Below, piece after piece: positions 38,304 through 49,323 of a stretch of 64,000 bases of DNA. Position 1 is the first letter of the stretch, and every line of letters starts with the position of its first letter. The position numbers and the translations under genes are program-made. The notes below the pieces were generated by a model. The model did no database searches. It saw only the letters and a program-made list of their open reading frames with translations, and had not been told where the DNA came from. This stretch comes from Geopsychrobacteraceae bacterium (GTDB lineage Bacteria; Desulfobacterota; Desulfuromonadia; Desulfuromonadales; Geopsychrobacteraceae): positions 992,001 to 1,056,000 of the forward strand of contig OY759353.1 in NCBI GenBank assembly GCA_963662315.1. Direction: 5' to 3'.

Positions 38304-39287
38304 CTGAAGCAGAACATTAACCCTAAATATCAGCTCATTATTGCTGATATTCACGAACAGATTTCCACAAAAAAAATCCTTCCCGGTAATGCGCTGCCAT
38401 CAATTTCAGAGCTAAGCCGTAGCTATGGAGTCGCACGGGAAACGGTGGTCAAAGTCTATCGTATTTTAAAGCAATCCGGGCTTATCGATTCTGTTCCAGG
38501 AAAAGGTTTCTTCCTCATTTCCGATCAGTTGAATGAAGCACCCCGCGTATTTCTTGTTCTGAACAGTTTTAATCCCTATATGCAGGTTCTCTACAACTCC
38601 TTTTCCAAAGCGCTGGATCCTGGAGTTCGCGTAGATATCTATTTCCATCATCACAATATCGATGTTTTTCACAACCTTATTCAATCTTATAGCGGCCGCT
38701 ATTCGCACTACATTATCAAGCCTTTTGTTCATAGTGAAGTTCCCGGACTCTTGCAAGAGCTTGATCCATCAAAATTGCTGCTGCTGGACAGAAGTGAATA
38801 TAACGACCTGGCCAAAAATTATCTTTGCCAGGACTTTAGAAACGGGTTTGTTGCTTCTTTAGCAGAAGCCCTCCCCCGCCTCCGCACTTACCGTGGATTC
38901 GAGCTTATCAGGTCTGATAAGAACCTCCATCCAGCAGCGTCATTTGAGGCTTTTCGCAATTTCCTGGACAGAGAAGATCTTTCAGGAGGTATTCTCGATA
39001 GATTTTCATCTAAAGATATCCGCAAAAAACATGCGTATCTGGTTATGACCGATGAAGATTTGGTCAATCTCCTGACCTTGGCCAGACAGAGGTCCTGGGT
39101 TCCGGGAAGGGATATCGGCATCATTTCGTATAATGATTCTCCGCTTCTGGAATTTATTGCCGGAGGGATCACCAGCCTCTCTGTCAATTTCATGCGCATG
39201 GGAGAATTAGCTGCGGATTTCATACAGTCGGGCACACCCCGCCAAACGATCATGCAACCCGATCTGCTTATCCGCAGCAGCCTCTAA
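38304..39287 (+). CDS. GntR-family regulator (wHTH plus periplasmic-binding-like domain), probable CTG start
   Basis: Frame extends 47 codons upstream of the track ORF (PKYQLII...LPGNALPSISELSRSYGVARETVVKVY); C-terminal DIGIISYND. Confidence 0.88.
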   Translation: MKQNINPKYQLIIADIHEQISTKKILPGNALPSISELSRSYGVARETVVKVYRILKQSGLIDSVPGKGFFLISDQLNEAPRVFLVLNSFNPYMQVLYNSFSKALDPGVRVDIYFHHHNIDVFHNLIQSYSGRYSHYIIKPFVHSEVPGLLQELDPSKLLLLDRSEYNDLAKNYLCQDFRNGFVASLAEALPRLRTYRGFELIRSDKNLHPAASFEAFRNFLDREDLSGGILDRFSSKDIRKKHAYLVMTDEDLVNLLTLARQRSWVPGRDIGIISYNDSPLLEFIAGGITSLSVNFMRMGELAADFIQSGTPRQTIMQPDLLIRSSL

Positions 39288-39555
39288 CTTCGAATTGAGT
39301 CTCTCCTTTTTCCACATTTGCCGCCCTACACTTAAAATGATCGGTGTTCATTCGCTCACTTAAGGGCAACCTGTTGCGGGTGGGTCGGAGATGAAAATCA
39401 ATCAACCTTAGACATGCCCCTTCCCGCTTGGCTGTTATTAAGCAATTGCCTAAACAGCTTTTGAGGAGTCTAATCAGTACAACAATTAAGCAACAGCACC
39501 GCATATCGCTGTGCTGTTGCTTTTCTCATTGCTTCAGGCAGAAGAATTACTCTGC

Positions 39556-42378
39556 CTATTGTTTAACCACGGCAATATTCGACACGATCGCTTTGCCGGT
39601 GGTACCGACGAAGTTCAGAGTCAGTACCCCATTCGAAACCGTTGCATCGAAAGTACGAGCCATAGCCGTTTGGATAGCCCCTGCTTCGGCAACAATATCC
39701 AGATCAGTGATGACCGTGCTGCCATTCGCACTTACGCTGAATACACGCGCCCCCACGGGGGTGTTTCGAGTCGGCTCAAGGAAGCCTAAAGTGACCCGAT
39801 AACTACCATTTGCAACTGGAATTTTATAGCTGAAGTTACTTCCTTCACGCCACATATCCCAAACACGGCCGGTTTCAGGAATTTCCTCACTATCCAGGCC
39901 ATGAATCACTGTATTTCCGCTCAGTCCGATTGCGCCCCATCCTGCAGCAGCTGGCAGTTCACCACCGACAAAGAAGTTGTCAGAACCATACTTATGATTA
40001 CCGAGCAAGGTGCTGTTTGATTCAAAACCGGTCGTTAACTGGCCTGCGGCAATGTAGACATTATTAGCATGATCTTCAGACAGATCCCAGGTAACCGTAT
40101 CTGTCACATCTTCACCATCCACATATGAACCTACGGCCGTTAAGACGTTACTGCCTTCCACCAGCTGTACACCTTCAAATATACAGACATTCATCTGACA
40201 GTCACTCGCATACAGGGTTCCTGCACTTACACCATTCACGTCCAATGTGACTGAGTATGCGTTGCTATACAGTTTAACGTCGGTGATGGTGTATGCGCGA
40301 TCCGTATAACGGCGACTAGCGATATAGGTTACGGGTTCCGTGCTCAGGTTAGCCTGGTAAAAATAGTAGCCATCTTTTCGGATCTGACGGTCAAAAGTCA
40401 CTAAGCCCTTGGTATTGGTTGCACCGACATCGCCTTCATGCCGAATACCAGAGCCAAAATCGAAACTATTCCAGACATATGAACCGTAAACAAAATCCCT
40501 TTTCACCACAGCAGCAAAATTTTTCTCATGAACATAGGCTGCATATTCTTCAGGTTGATAACAGATACGGGCCATGCCAGTACTATCTCGGGCACATACG
40601 CGACCACCCAGAACATTATCGGTATGGTGGGTAATGGCTGCGCCGGCACCGTATTCAGTCAGGCCAATGGGCTGATCAGGATTATCATAATGCAATTGAT
40701 CCAGATGTTCTCCCAGCTGTGTTTCGGATGTTCCGTAGTACCATTGGAAATATCGATTCACGCTGTATGTGTCAGTAATGCCTGCTACTGAAATGTTATC
40801 AGGCAAGACTTCGTCGCCACTACGGGTTACCTGAGAAGCCAGGGTCGTTACACGTGAAGGATCTTCGTTCTTGGCAAGCGCATTGAGACTGTGCAGCAGA
40901 GGAGTGACATTGTTATTTTGCTGCGTCTGACCACGGGCGGTTGTGGTCGTTTCATTGCCGATAGACCAAAGGCCGATGGATGCGTGGTTGTATTGCTGGC
41001 GAATAAGCTCCTGTAGCTGCAGACGAACATTAGCTGCAAATCCGGTCGTTTCCGGGTCTGTAGAATCGAGAGCACTCTGATTGACAAATGGTATTTCGCC
41101 CATCACAACAAAGCCCAATTTATCGGCCTGCTCGAAAGTATAAGAGGAGTGAGGATAGTGCGCCAGCCGGATGGTGTTTGCCCCCATTTCTTTAATGATG
41201 GCCAGAGATTCGTCAGTATCCGCCGTGCTGATGGCCCAGCCTTTGTGCAAATAATCCTGATGCAGGTTGACACCATACAACGGCATATGGATACCGTTCA
41301 GGGCAAATCCGTTGTCTGGGTCGAAAGTCATCTGACGTATGCCAAAATCCTGTACAGACTTATCAATAACATCACCCAGATCGTCCTTGAGTTCAACCAC
41401 CAGCTTATAAAGATAAGGATCAGACATTCCCTGCCATAGGTGAGCCTGGTCAACGGTCAATTCAACTGCCTGTTCTGCTGATGAGTTTGCTTCGATGTCA
41501 AAAGACTGAGACACTTTAGATGCTTTTATCGTTACTCCATCTGGTTCCATCAGAAAAGCACTGACAGTATAAGTCCCAGCGAAGTCGGAATCGTTATTGA
41601 GACGCGTCACACAGTCAATCACAGCCATCCCATCTTCAATGGTTCGCGTTGTCGCATATACTCCTGCACCTGCGACCACCGCGGTAATTTCGTTCCCGCT
41701 GCTGTCTTGTGAAATGACTGATTCATTAAGAGCGAAATGTGCCGCATCGGGTGTTGAAATCAGTGATACCCCACGATACAGGCCTCCAGACATATTAAAA
41801 TCACCACCAAGCGGGGCTATCGCGGTTAAAGAATCGTTAGACTGTGCTTTTGAGTTGTCAGTCCGAACAAGCAAAACATTGCTTTCACTGTTTAATTTGC
41901 CGGTGACATCAAAACGGAAAGCCGTAAACGCGCCTTTATGCTGGCCCAGTTTTTCTCCATTAAGCCACACATCAGCAACAATACTTGCACCATCAAACTG
42001 CAACCACTGTGTTCCTTCACTCTCTATTCCCGAAAATTCAAGACGGTACCAGCCTTGGCCCCGCTTATAACCAGGAGTAGCCGGCGTGGTTTGCTCTGTT
42101 GTCGCAGCGTCTTCAGCATTCCAGGTGTGCGGCAAATCAACTGTCGTCCAACTATCACCAGAGTCTAAAAGTGCTTCTGCTTCAGTTAATGAGTCTTCCT
42201 GGATGAACTGCCAACTACTGTTCAATGGTGTTACTGAGCGAAGTGAGCTGGCATCAACAACCTCAGTCTCTGTTTTGTGTGAGCTGCTGCCCCCATCACA
42301 GCCCGCCAACGCAAGCGCGAGTACACAAACTATTGCAATCGCTATTGTTGTTTTTTTTACATTGGATGTACACTGCAT
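39556..42378 (-). CDS. Glycoside hydrolase family 2 lipoprotein with C-terminal malectin domain (beta-glucuronidase/galactosidase)
   Basis: Lipobox LAGC, LPHTWN, GGLYRGV, GVNLHQD, IRLAHYPH, WSIGNE, TEYGAG, NTKGLVTFDR; malectin GARVFSV...LDIVAEAG. Confidence 0.93.
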   Translation of the reverse strand: MQCTSNVKKTTIAIAIVCVLALALAGCDGGSSSHKTETEVVDASSLRSVTPLNSSWQFIQEDSLTEAEALLDSGDSWTTVDLPHTWNAEDAATTEQTTPATPGYKRGQGWYRLEFSGIESEGTQWLQFDGASIVADVWLNGEKLGQHKGAFTAFRFDVTGKLNSESNVLLVRTDNSKAQSNDSLTAIAPLGGDFNMSGGLYRGVSLISTPDAAHFALNESVISQDSSGNEITAVVAGAGVYATTRTIEDGMAVIDCVTRLNNDSDFAGTYTVSAFLMEPDGVTIKASKVSQSFDIEANSSAEQAVELTVDQAHLWQGMSDPYLYKLVVELKDDLGDVIDKSVQDFGIRQMTFDPDNGFALNGIHMPLYGVNLHQDYLHKGWAISTADTDESLAIIKEMGANTIRLAHYPHSSYTFEQADKLGFVVMGEIPFVNQSALDSTDPETTGFAANVRLQLQELIRQQYNHASIGLWSIGNETTTTARGQTQQNNNVTPLLHSLNALAKNEDPSRVTTLASQVTRSGDEVLPDNISVAGITDTYSVNRYFQWYYGTSETQLGEHLDQLHYDNPDQPIGLTEYGAGAAITHHTDNVLGGRVCARDSTGMARICYQPEEYAAYVHEKNFAAVVKRDFVYGSYVWNSFDFGSGIRHEGDVGATNTKGLVTFDRQIRKDGYYFYQANLSTEPVTYIASRRYTDRAYTITDVKLYSNAYSVTLDVNGVSAGTLYASDCQMNVCIFEGVQLVEGSNVLTAVGSYVDGEDVTDTVTWDLSEDHANNVYIAAGQLTTGFESNSTLLGNHKYGSDNFFVGGELPAAAGWGAIGLSGNTVIHGLDSEEIPETGRVWDMWREGSNFSYKIPVANGSYRVTLGFLEPTRNTPVGARVFSVSANGSTVITDLDIVAEAGAIQTAMARTFDATVSNGVLTLNFVGTTGKAIVSNIAVVKQ

Positions 42379-42760
42379 AGACAAGTCCTCCAATCGCTAA
42401 TAGAAATTACTTGGAAGGGGAAAATCGCGCCTGCGGCGCTGTCAACCACCCATCCCTGCTGATTCTAGTTCAAAAACCGACCTGTTTTTCCCTGTGCTTC
42501 TTCTCCTGCAGAACGATTTCCTGGACAAGATCTCCAGTTGTTAATAGCTCACTTCAACACCTCCTTTTCTTCAGGATATTTAACCTCCCAGTCTTCAATA
42601 TTTGGGCTATGCCAATAAAGTTCTGCCGCTCTTAAAAGGACCCTCAGGCAAACTTCCCATTAGTGAACCTTCATTACCAAAGGTGCAGCTTTAGCAAAAC
42701 CAATCACTCATATATGAAATATGGTTCTAAGAGATATAGGTTTAATATGTCAGGGAAAAC

Positions 42761-42787
42761 GACTTTGTATTTTCGAATTACAAAGTC
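42761..42787. promoter_or_regulatory. Second copy of the ROK-type operator, upstream of GH2
   Basis: GACTTTGTA-N9-TACAAAGTC, same spacing as at 34290-34316. Confidence 0.7.
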
Positions 42788-42912
42788 AAGATTAAACTGT
42801 TTTTTGAATTTCAAGTCAATGAAAACTAAAAAATATTTCCAGAAGAACTAGGGTTACAAAAAGGGATCAAGCTTATGGTTGGTATATTATCCTGATTTGG
42901 AAGTCTAAATTC

Positions 42913-43095
42913 ATGCCATGACCACTTCGCATAGAGTATAGGGCCTGATCTCATATTACGAACTGCGATCCAAGGCATTATGATGCTTTTGAAGGTGAGA
43001 AGGATTTCCACCTTTTTATCGCCATTAATAAAAACCACCGTCAGCACAGCTATTTCTAGATTTGAGTCTATGATGGAGAGGAACGTTACTGTCCA
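42913..43095 (+). pseudogene. RAYT/Y1 transposase remnant, copy 2
   Basis: MP*PLRIEYRA*SHITNC...AFEGEKDFHLFIAI with internal stops; homologous to 31774-31941. Confidence 0.65.
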
Positions 43096-43435
43096 GGAAA
43101 TGTATGTCCGCATGTGTCGAAAGATAATGAGTAGATGCCAGCAAAACCGAGAGCGTCACCAGAACTATTTTTAAAACCCGCCGCGATGTTTGCAAAAAAC
43201 AGACTTCTGATCTGTTGTCAAGCATGTTCCGTCCCTACCACTTATACATGCTGGCACATCGCGATCAACTCATCGACAATGCCTTCATTCGCAATAGTAA
43301 GATGCACGAAGGATGCTTCGTTTTCGTGTTACAGAAAAATTTTCAATTAACATTTGAGCCGGTGTGATTCCTGACATTCAGCTTTTTCAAAAAGCGCTGA
43401 TGTGGCTCAGCGAACATTGATTTACTCTTGGCAAG

Positions 43436-43473
43436 CATCAAACAACTCGCAAGAATGCGAGTTGTTTGATGTT
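43436..43473. terminator. Hairpin downstream of the MCP gene
   Basis: CATCAAACAACTCGC-aagaat-GCGAGTTGTTTGATG. Confidence 0.5.
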
Positions 43474-43592
43474 GTATTAGAAAAGAAACTAAAACCGTGC
43501 GTAGTGAGGTCGAAATTCTTGCTTGCTGGCCTTGACCCCACTTGTGCTTCATTCAATCTTTATGTGCTGCATCAGAAGGATGCTCGGTACTC

Positions 43593-44936
43593 TCAAGCTT
43601 CCAGAAGCGGCTGAGACCCTGATTGTGAGGATCCGCTGTTGTTATCTGAGGAGTCCAATAACCCTTCAATTGCCCGGATTGATTCCAGCTCCTTCTGAAG
43701 TTCCTGCGCAAGACTTGAAAGCTCAGAAGATGCCGCAGAGGTTTCTTCCGAAGACGCAGCGGACGATTGAACAACTTTATCAATCTGCGACATCCCTTCA
43801 TTGATCTGACGCAAGCCCTGAGTTTGCTGAACGGAACCTTGATCAATGGCATTGGCAACATTGACAATCTGATGGATCTTATCAACTATTCCGTTCAAAG
43901 AGTCCGCACAGCTTTTTGCAATGGTGCCCCCAGATTTCACATTTGCCATTGATTCTTCGATGATCGTCGAGGTTTCTTTTGCCGCCGTGGCACTGCGACC
44001 GGCAAGATTTCTGACCTCTTCCGCAACAACTGCAAAACCTTTTCCGTGCTGTCCCGCACGTGCGGCTTCCACTGCAGCATTCAGAGCCAACAGATTAGTC
44101 TGGAAAGCAATTTCATCGATAACCTTGATAATTTTATTGATCGCTTCACTCGATTTATTGATTTCGCTCATGGCAGAGACCATCTGTTCCATTTGATTTG
44201 ATGCGTCGCTTGCGGCATTTTCAGCTTCAGCGGCAAGATTTTTGGCTTCAGCGGCTTGCTGAGCATTTTGATTGGCCTGTGACAGAATTTCTGAAGTAGA
44301 GCTGCCTATTTCTTCCATTGATGCAGCCTGTTCTGTTGACCCTGCTGCAAGGGATACACTCGACTCGTTAAGTTGGACTGAACCGCGCGTTACCTGCTCG
44401 CTGATTCTTTGAACTTCGTGATAGATATTTTTTAGAGCAACCTTTTCCGAAATTTCCGTTACGATCTCGACGTGACCGATTTTTTCCCCTTTTAAGCCGT
44501 GGATATATTTCGTATCAACCCTGAAATTTTTGCCCCATTGTGCGAAAAAGGTCTGGGGTCTGTTTTCACGCAAAGAATGAACACCGCAGTTTTTTGTATT
44601 ACATATTTCTGCACCCCAGTTTGAACAGTGTTTTCCTAGAACATCCTTTCGCTCTACACCGAGGGGATCGGTTGCCGCCTTATTGACAAAAGTCCACTGC
44701 ATGTCAAGATCGGTAACGGACATGGGATTGGGAAACGAGTCTATGATCTGTTCATAAAAATTATAGCGTTCCCGAATGCTTTGGTTGATGGCCAAAAGAA
44801 GGGGTATAAGAGCAATAGTAGTGATTAAGCACGTGATAGAAATCACCCTTGTATTTAGCCCGCTGACAATCAAGAGGGCCAGGACCAATTGAATGAGTAT
44901 AAGAGCCGATACAACATATTTATACCATTTTGACAT
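43593..44936 (-). CDS. Methyl-accepting chemotaxis protein with PAS domain
   Basis: Two TM segments, PAS ([15 protein letters not shown]...GKHC..W...C...C), [34 protein letters not shown]. Confidence 0.95.
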   Translation of the reverse strand: MSKWYKYVVSALILIQLVLALLIVSGLNTRVISITCLITTIALIPLLLAINQSIRERYNFYEQIIDSFPNPMSVTDLDMQWTFVNKAATDPLGVERKDVLGKHCSNWGAEICNTKNCGVHSLRENRPQTFFAQWGKNFRVDTKYIHGLKGEKIGHVEIVTEISEKVALKNIYHEVQRISEQVTRGSVQLNESSVSLAAGSTEQAASMEEIGSSTSEILSQANQNAQQAAEAKNLAAEAENAASDASNQMEQMVSAMSEINKSSEAINKIIKVIDEIAFQTNLLALNAAVEAARAGQHGKGFAVVAEEVRNLAGRSATAAKETSTIIEESMANVKSGGTIAKSCADSLNGIVDKIHQIVNVANAIDQGSVQQTQGLRQINEGMSQIDKVVQSSAASSEETSAASSELSSLAQELQKELESIRAIEGLLDSSDNNSGSSQSGSQPLLEA

Positions 44937-45307
44937 AGACGATTCCTTCTAAAATAAAGAGTATGTTCGGTTTATAGTTTAACGTCTCCTCCTCAGAACG
45001 GGTGGGTGAAGTCCTGAGAAAATGAGATCATTGCGGTCCCTAGCGAGGAGTAAGATGAGTTTGCGGGAACACCAAACCCGTTAAAAATTAGACGGTGTTA
45101 ATGTTAACTTTACCGAACAAAAAGAAACTATTCAAGTGTTTTTTTATAACGCATATCCGTATCATGCTGACGAACGGTTTGGTAGCTCTGGTCATTGATA
45201 TTAAAGCTCGTCGCAACAGTCACTGGGAAATACCTTTCTGAGAGAGTTTTTTCTACATACTCGTTAAATAAACGAAAGGAAATATTCATGTTTGACCATT
45301 TAAGTAC

Positions 45308-46265
45308 GCATTGCACCGTCGGCCGGCTGGTCAGATGCTGGCTGTTCCCTTGGAGAAGCGAAGCCCGAGTACGGGTTCTTTAAAAAAGGGCGTTTTGTGC
45401 TTACTATTTGTCGCCCGCCTGGGACAAATAGTAAGGCGTCGTGCGGGGCGCAACACCGCGACCTTGCTTGTTTCATTTAAGGCATAAAAGATAAAACCGG
45501 CGGGTCCCGGCCCGGCAGCCGGATTCATTTTTTCCAGCGATGAAAAAACGAATCAAAAAAATCTTTTAAAGTCAAACACACTGACGATAATAGATTCGGT
45601 CTACGTTTTATTGTTGCTACCAGCAGTTAACAGACCGCCCAACGATGCTGTTGCATCCATGGGCAGAACCGAATTGGTGTGAACACATAAAATTACGGTT
45701 CTGGCCATCAGGCGCGCATTGCGCCGTCGGCCGGCGGGTTAGATGCTGGATGTTTTCTTGGAGAACCGACGCCCGAGTACGGACCCTTTAAAGAAGGGCG
45801 TTTTGTGCTTACTATTTGTCGCCCACCTGGGACAAATAGTAAGGCGTCGTGCGGGACGCAACACCGCGATCTTGCTTGTTTCATTTCAATCATAAAAGAC
45901 AACACACCGGGTCCCGGCCCGGCAGCCGTTACCAGATGCCGCGCCGGAACAAAAGAAACCGACAAGCGAGACAGGTCTCCCCGGATAAAAACGTAATCTG
46001 TCACTGCTTGGGCCGCAGTATTTACCAAAGTATCCTGAATCCGTGGGACTTCGTCATGGTGTGCTGACTTGCCCGGATACCCGGCCTTATATACTGTTTC
46101 TGTTCGTCGGCTCACAGCTTTTCACTCGGGCTTCCTCCAGACCTCTCCTCACGGAGACGCCCTTGCCGTCGGCTAGTACTTTAATGACATCACATAGTTG
46201 TGATGCTAGGATTCTACGTACAGGGGACTTACGCCCCCATAAGATCACGCCCATGCCGGGCGTAC
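45308..46265 (-). mobile_element. Group IIC-attC intron shell 1 (5' ribozyme domains plus repeats; 3' end missing)
   Basis: Minus strand starts TTGT|GTACGCCCGGCATGGGCGTG, with class C-like domain I-III sequence; near-identical to 48095-48429. Confidence 0.85.
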
Positions 46266-46369
46266 ACAAAGTCGTTCAAGCAGACTCTGGTAGCGGCAGT
46301 CGAAGCCAGAAAACCATTGGCTACAAGCCAACGCAGCATACCGACGCTGCTTAACTCCACCCGTTATAC
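46266..46369 (+). other. attC site 1 (remainder after intron insertion)
   Basis: AC-AAAGTC-GTTCAAGC...GCTTAAC-TCCACCC-GTTATAC. Confidence 0.8.
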
Positions 46370-46377
46370 CTAAGAAA

Positions 46378-46986
46378 ATGACTGAATCAGAAAAATTATT
46401 CGAAGAAATATTTAGTGAAAAAGAAATCTACTTTAGGAGAGTTCCAACGTCATCACCACGTACCCCTGATTATCAGGTAATTGTGAATGATTCTTACTCC
46501 TACTGGGAAGTGAAAGAACTGGAAAAGAATGATGATGAAGCAAAAATTTTGAATCAGCAAAAACCTGAAATTTATAGCGTAGATTCAACTCGTGTCGAAA
46601 ATAGCATCAAGAGTGCATGTGGCCAATTCAAGGACTACAAAGTAACCAATTACCCTTGCGTTGTTGTGCTATACGATTCACGAGAATTTGAGATAATGGA
46701 TGTCCTTTTTCATCAATTCGTCCAGACCGCAATGCTTGGCAAAGCTGAATATATGCATCAAAAGGATGGGTCTCTTGTTGAAATTAAACGTAACCACGGT
46801 CTGCTTACAAAGCGGAAACGGTACATTAGCGCTGTAGCAGTAATGCACCAAAAAACAAGAAAAATGGTCTTTTATCACAATCCAAATGCAAACATTCCTC
46901 TTGTGTCATCCGACTTGTTGAAAAAGTTTGAGGACCAGTTTCAAGCCGTATTTAAAGAAAAAAGGCTGGAGTGGATAAGGGTATAA
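46378..46986 (+). CDS. Gene cassette: PD-(D/E)XK-like nuclease-fold protein
   Basis: TPDYQV...YWEVKEL; AT-rich; bounded by GTTATAC and GTATA[AC]. Confidence 0.7.
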   Translation: MTESEKLFEEIFSEKEIYFRRVPTSSPRTPDYQVIVNDSYSYWEVKELEKNDDEAKILNQQKPEIYSVDSTRVENSIKSACGQFKDYKVTNYPCVVVLYDSREFEIMDVLFHQFVQTAMLGKAEYMHQKDGSLVEIKRNHGLLTKRKRYISAVAVMHQKTRKMVFYHNPNANIPLVSSDLLKKFEDQFQAVFKEKRLEWIRV

Positions 46987-48429
46987 TCGGGTAGCCGGGG
47001 GTTTTGCTCCCCCAGCCCCCACACCACCCGGCATGCGGGTCGCTACCCAAGCGCTTCGATGAAATTACCGGGCCGTAGCCGGGTAATGTCGCTTCACCCA
47101 CAGGTCTTTGACAGAAACTAAACCTTGATCCTTCAGCCACTGGTTAGTCATGCCGGAATGAGCCGCCAATCTGCGGGACATGGCCCACGGTCCGTTGCGG
47201 TTCGGACCGGCCCGAATGGCGGTAAAACGTTCGGTTCCAAGAGCTAGCAGCTTCCGAACCTTGGTCCGGCACCAGCGCCATTGTTTCCAGTAGCACAGCC
47301 GCACTCGCCGACGAATCCAGCCATCGACCTCCGGGTAACCCTCGGCGATGCCGAAGTACCCCATCCAGCCCCGGATATAGGTGGACAGCTTGGCGAGACG
47401 ATAGTCCATGGTAACAAACAAGCTGCGTCTGTTTTGCGGTTCTGGCCATTAGGCGCGCATTGCGCCGTAGGCCGGCCGGTTAGATGCTGGATGTTCCTTT
47501 GGAGAGACGAAGCCCGAGTACGGACCCTTTAAAAAAGGGCGTTTTGTGCTTACTATTTGTCGCCCGCTTGGGACAAATAGTAAGGCGTCGTGCGGGGCGC
47601 AACACCGCGACCTTGTTGGTTTCATTTCAATCATAAAAGACGAAACCGGCGGGTCCCGGCCCGCCAGCCGGATTCATTTTTTCCAGCGATGAAAAAACGA
47701 ATCAAAAAAATCTTTGAAGGTCAAACACACTGACGAGAATAGATTCGGTCTACGTTTTATTGTTGCTACCAGCAGTTAACAGACCGCCCAACGATGCTAT
47801 CGCATCTACGGGCAGAATCGAATTGAAGTGAATACAGGAAAATGCCAACGGCATTTTTGCGGTTCTGGCCATCAGGCGCGCATTGCGCCGTAGGCCGGCC
47901 GGTTAGATGCTGGATGTTCCTTTGGAGAGACAAAGCCCGAGTACGGACCCTTTAAAGAAGGGCGCTTTGTGCTTACTATTTGTCGCCCGCCTGGGACAAA
48001 TAGTAAGGCGTCGTGCGGGACGCAACACCGCGATCTTGCTTGTTTCATTTCAATCATAAAAGACAACACCACCGGGTCCCGGCCCGGCAGCCGTTACCAG
48101 ATGCCGCGCCGGAACAAAAGAAACCGACAAGCGAGACAGGTCTCCCCGGATAAGAACGTAATCTGTCACTGCTTGGGCCGCAGTATTTACCAAAGTATCC
48201 TGAATCCGTGGGACTTCGTCATGGTGTGCTGACTTGCCCGGATACCCGGACTTATATACTGTTTCTGTTCGTCGGCTCACAGCTTTTCACTCGGGCTTCC
48301 TCCAGACCTCTCCTCACGGAGACGCCCTTGCCGTCGGCTAGTACTTTAATGACATCACACACGTGTGATGCTAGGATTCTACGTATAGGGGACTTTCACC
48401 CCATAAGATCACGCCCGTGCCGGGCGTAC
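46986..48429 (-). mobile_element. Group IIC-attC intron shell 2, both ends intact, RT domain replaced by tandem repeats
   Basis: 5' GTACGCCCGG; 3' DV/DVI ...CCGGGTGGTGTGGGGGCTGGGGGAGCAAAACCCCCGGCTACCCGAT; splits R'' GTATA|AC. Confidence 0.88.
47065..47410 (-). pseudogene. C-terminal maturase fragment of a group II intron-encoded protein
   Basis: LSTYIRGWMGYF...DGWIRRRVRLCYWKQW...LKDQGLVSVKDLW; no RT motifs. Confidence 0.88.
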
Positions 48430-48498
48430 ACACAAGCGCATGTTGTCGGACTGGTTTTCCGCTGCGCTCCAAACCAGCCGCAAATGCGGGCGTTATAA
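48430..48498 (+). other. attC site 2
   Basis: ACAAGCGCATGTTGTCGGACTGGTTT...AAACCAGCCGCAAATGCGGGC-GTTATAA. Confidence 0.88.
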
Positions 48499-48513
48499 CT
48501 TTATGGAGAGAAT

Positions 48514-49323
48514 GTGACCGACTGGATATTCAGGGGCAATAGAGAAGACTTTGATATAGATACATATCTTAATGACTTCGCCTATATCTACTGGGCTGTT
48601 AAGCAACCAAAGCATCAAGCTGAAATGCAAGTTGGTGATAGGGTTTTCATATGGCGCTCTAAAGGTAAATCTAAAGATCCATATGGGCTAGTTGCGTACG
48701 GAAAAATAGCTGAAGCTCCAATAGATAAGAACAAAGTACTTTATCCTAAATTCTTACTTGAAGGTTACTGGGAGAAAAGAGAAGTTTCTGAGATAAAGGT
48801 CGGAGTAAAGCTTGAGGAAACTCGGCTTGATCTTAAGAGCGGGTTGGTCGAGTCGAGCCTGCTGCTCAGAGATGCTGATCTATCAAAAATGCAGTTACTA
48901 ACTGCAAGGCAAGGTACGAACTTCAAGTTAGCAGCAAGCGAATTTAGCAAAATTTGGGCGTTGTGGTGCAGCGAAACACTAGACTTTGAAGATGATGAGT
49001 ATGAAACAGATGAAAGTAAAATGCGTCTTAGGATTCACAAGGTAAGGGAGCGAGATAATCAGTTAGTAAAAAAAGCAAAAGAGAGATTCGTTAAGGATAA
49101 TGGATCTTTATTTTGCGAGGTATGCGGGTATGATTTTCTGCCCAAGTATGGTTTTAGTTATGCAGAAGCACACCATAAAAAACCATTGAATGAAATAAAG
49201 GCTGGAGAAAAAACTAAGGAATCTGACCTTGCTATCGTATGTGCAAACTGTCACCGAGCAGTGCATCGTATAGAGACAGAAGACCCATGGAATGAACTTT
49301 TGAGTATTCATGGCAAGTTATAA
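48514..49323 (+). CDS. Gene cassette: EVE-domain plus HNH endonuclease
   Basis: WIFRGN...YW...MQVGDRVFIWRS (EVE/PUA-like); RERD...CEVCG...EAHHKKPL...CANCHRAVH (HNH); bounded by GTTATAA and TTATA[AC]. Confidence 0.88.
   Translation: MTDWIFRGNREDFDIDTYLNDFAYIYWAVKQPKHQAEMQVGDRVFIWRSKGKSKDPYGLVAYGKIAEAPIDKNKVLYPKFLLEGYWEKREVSEIKVGVKLEETRLDLKSGLVESSLLLRDADLSKMQLLTARQGTNFKLAASEFSKIWALWCSETLDFEDDEYETDESKMRLRIHKVRERDNQLVKKAKERFVKDNGSLFCEVCGYDFLPKYGFSYAEAHHKKPLNEIKAGEKTKESDLAIVCANCHRAVHRIETEDPWNELLSIHGKL

Noticed and set aside
45085..45115. Sigma-28 promoter for the MCP
   Set aside because: TAAAGTT is present but there is no GCCGATAA-like element at the proper spacing.
44940..45310. Integron integrase or attI at the array start
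   Set aside because: No tyrosine recombinase ORF and no convincing attI; the first intron shell is truncated here.
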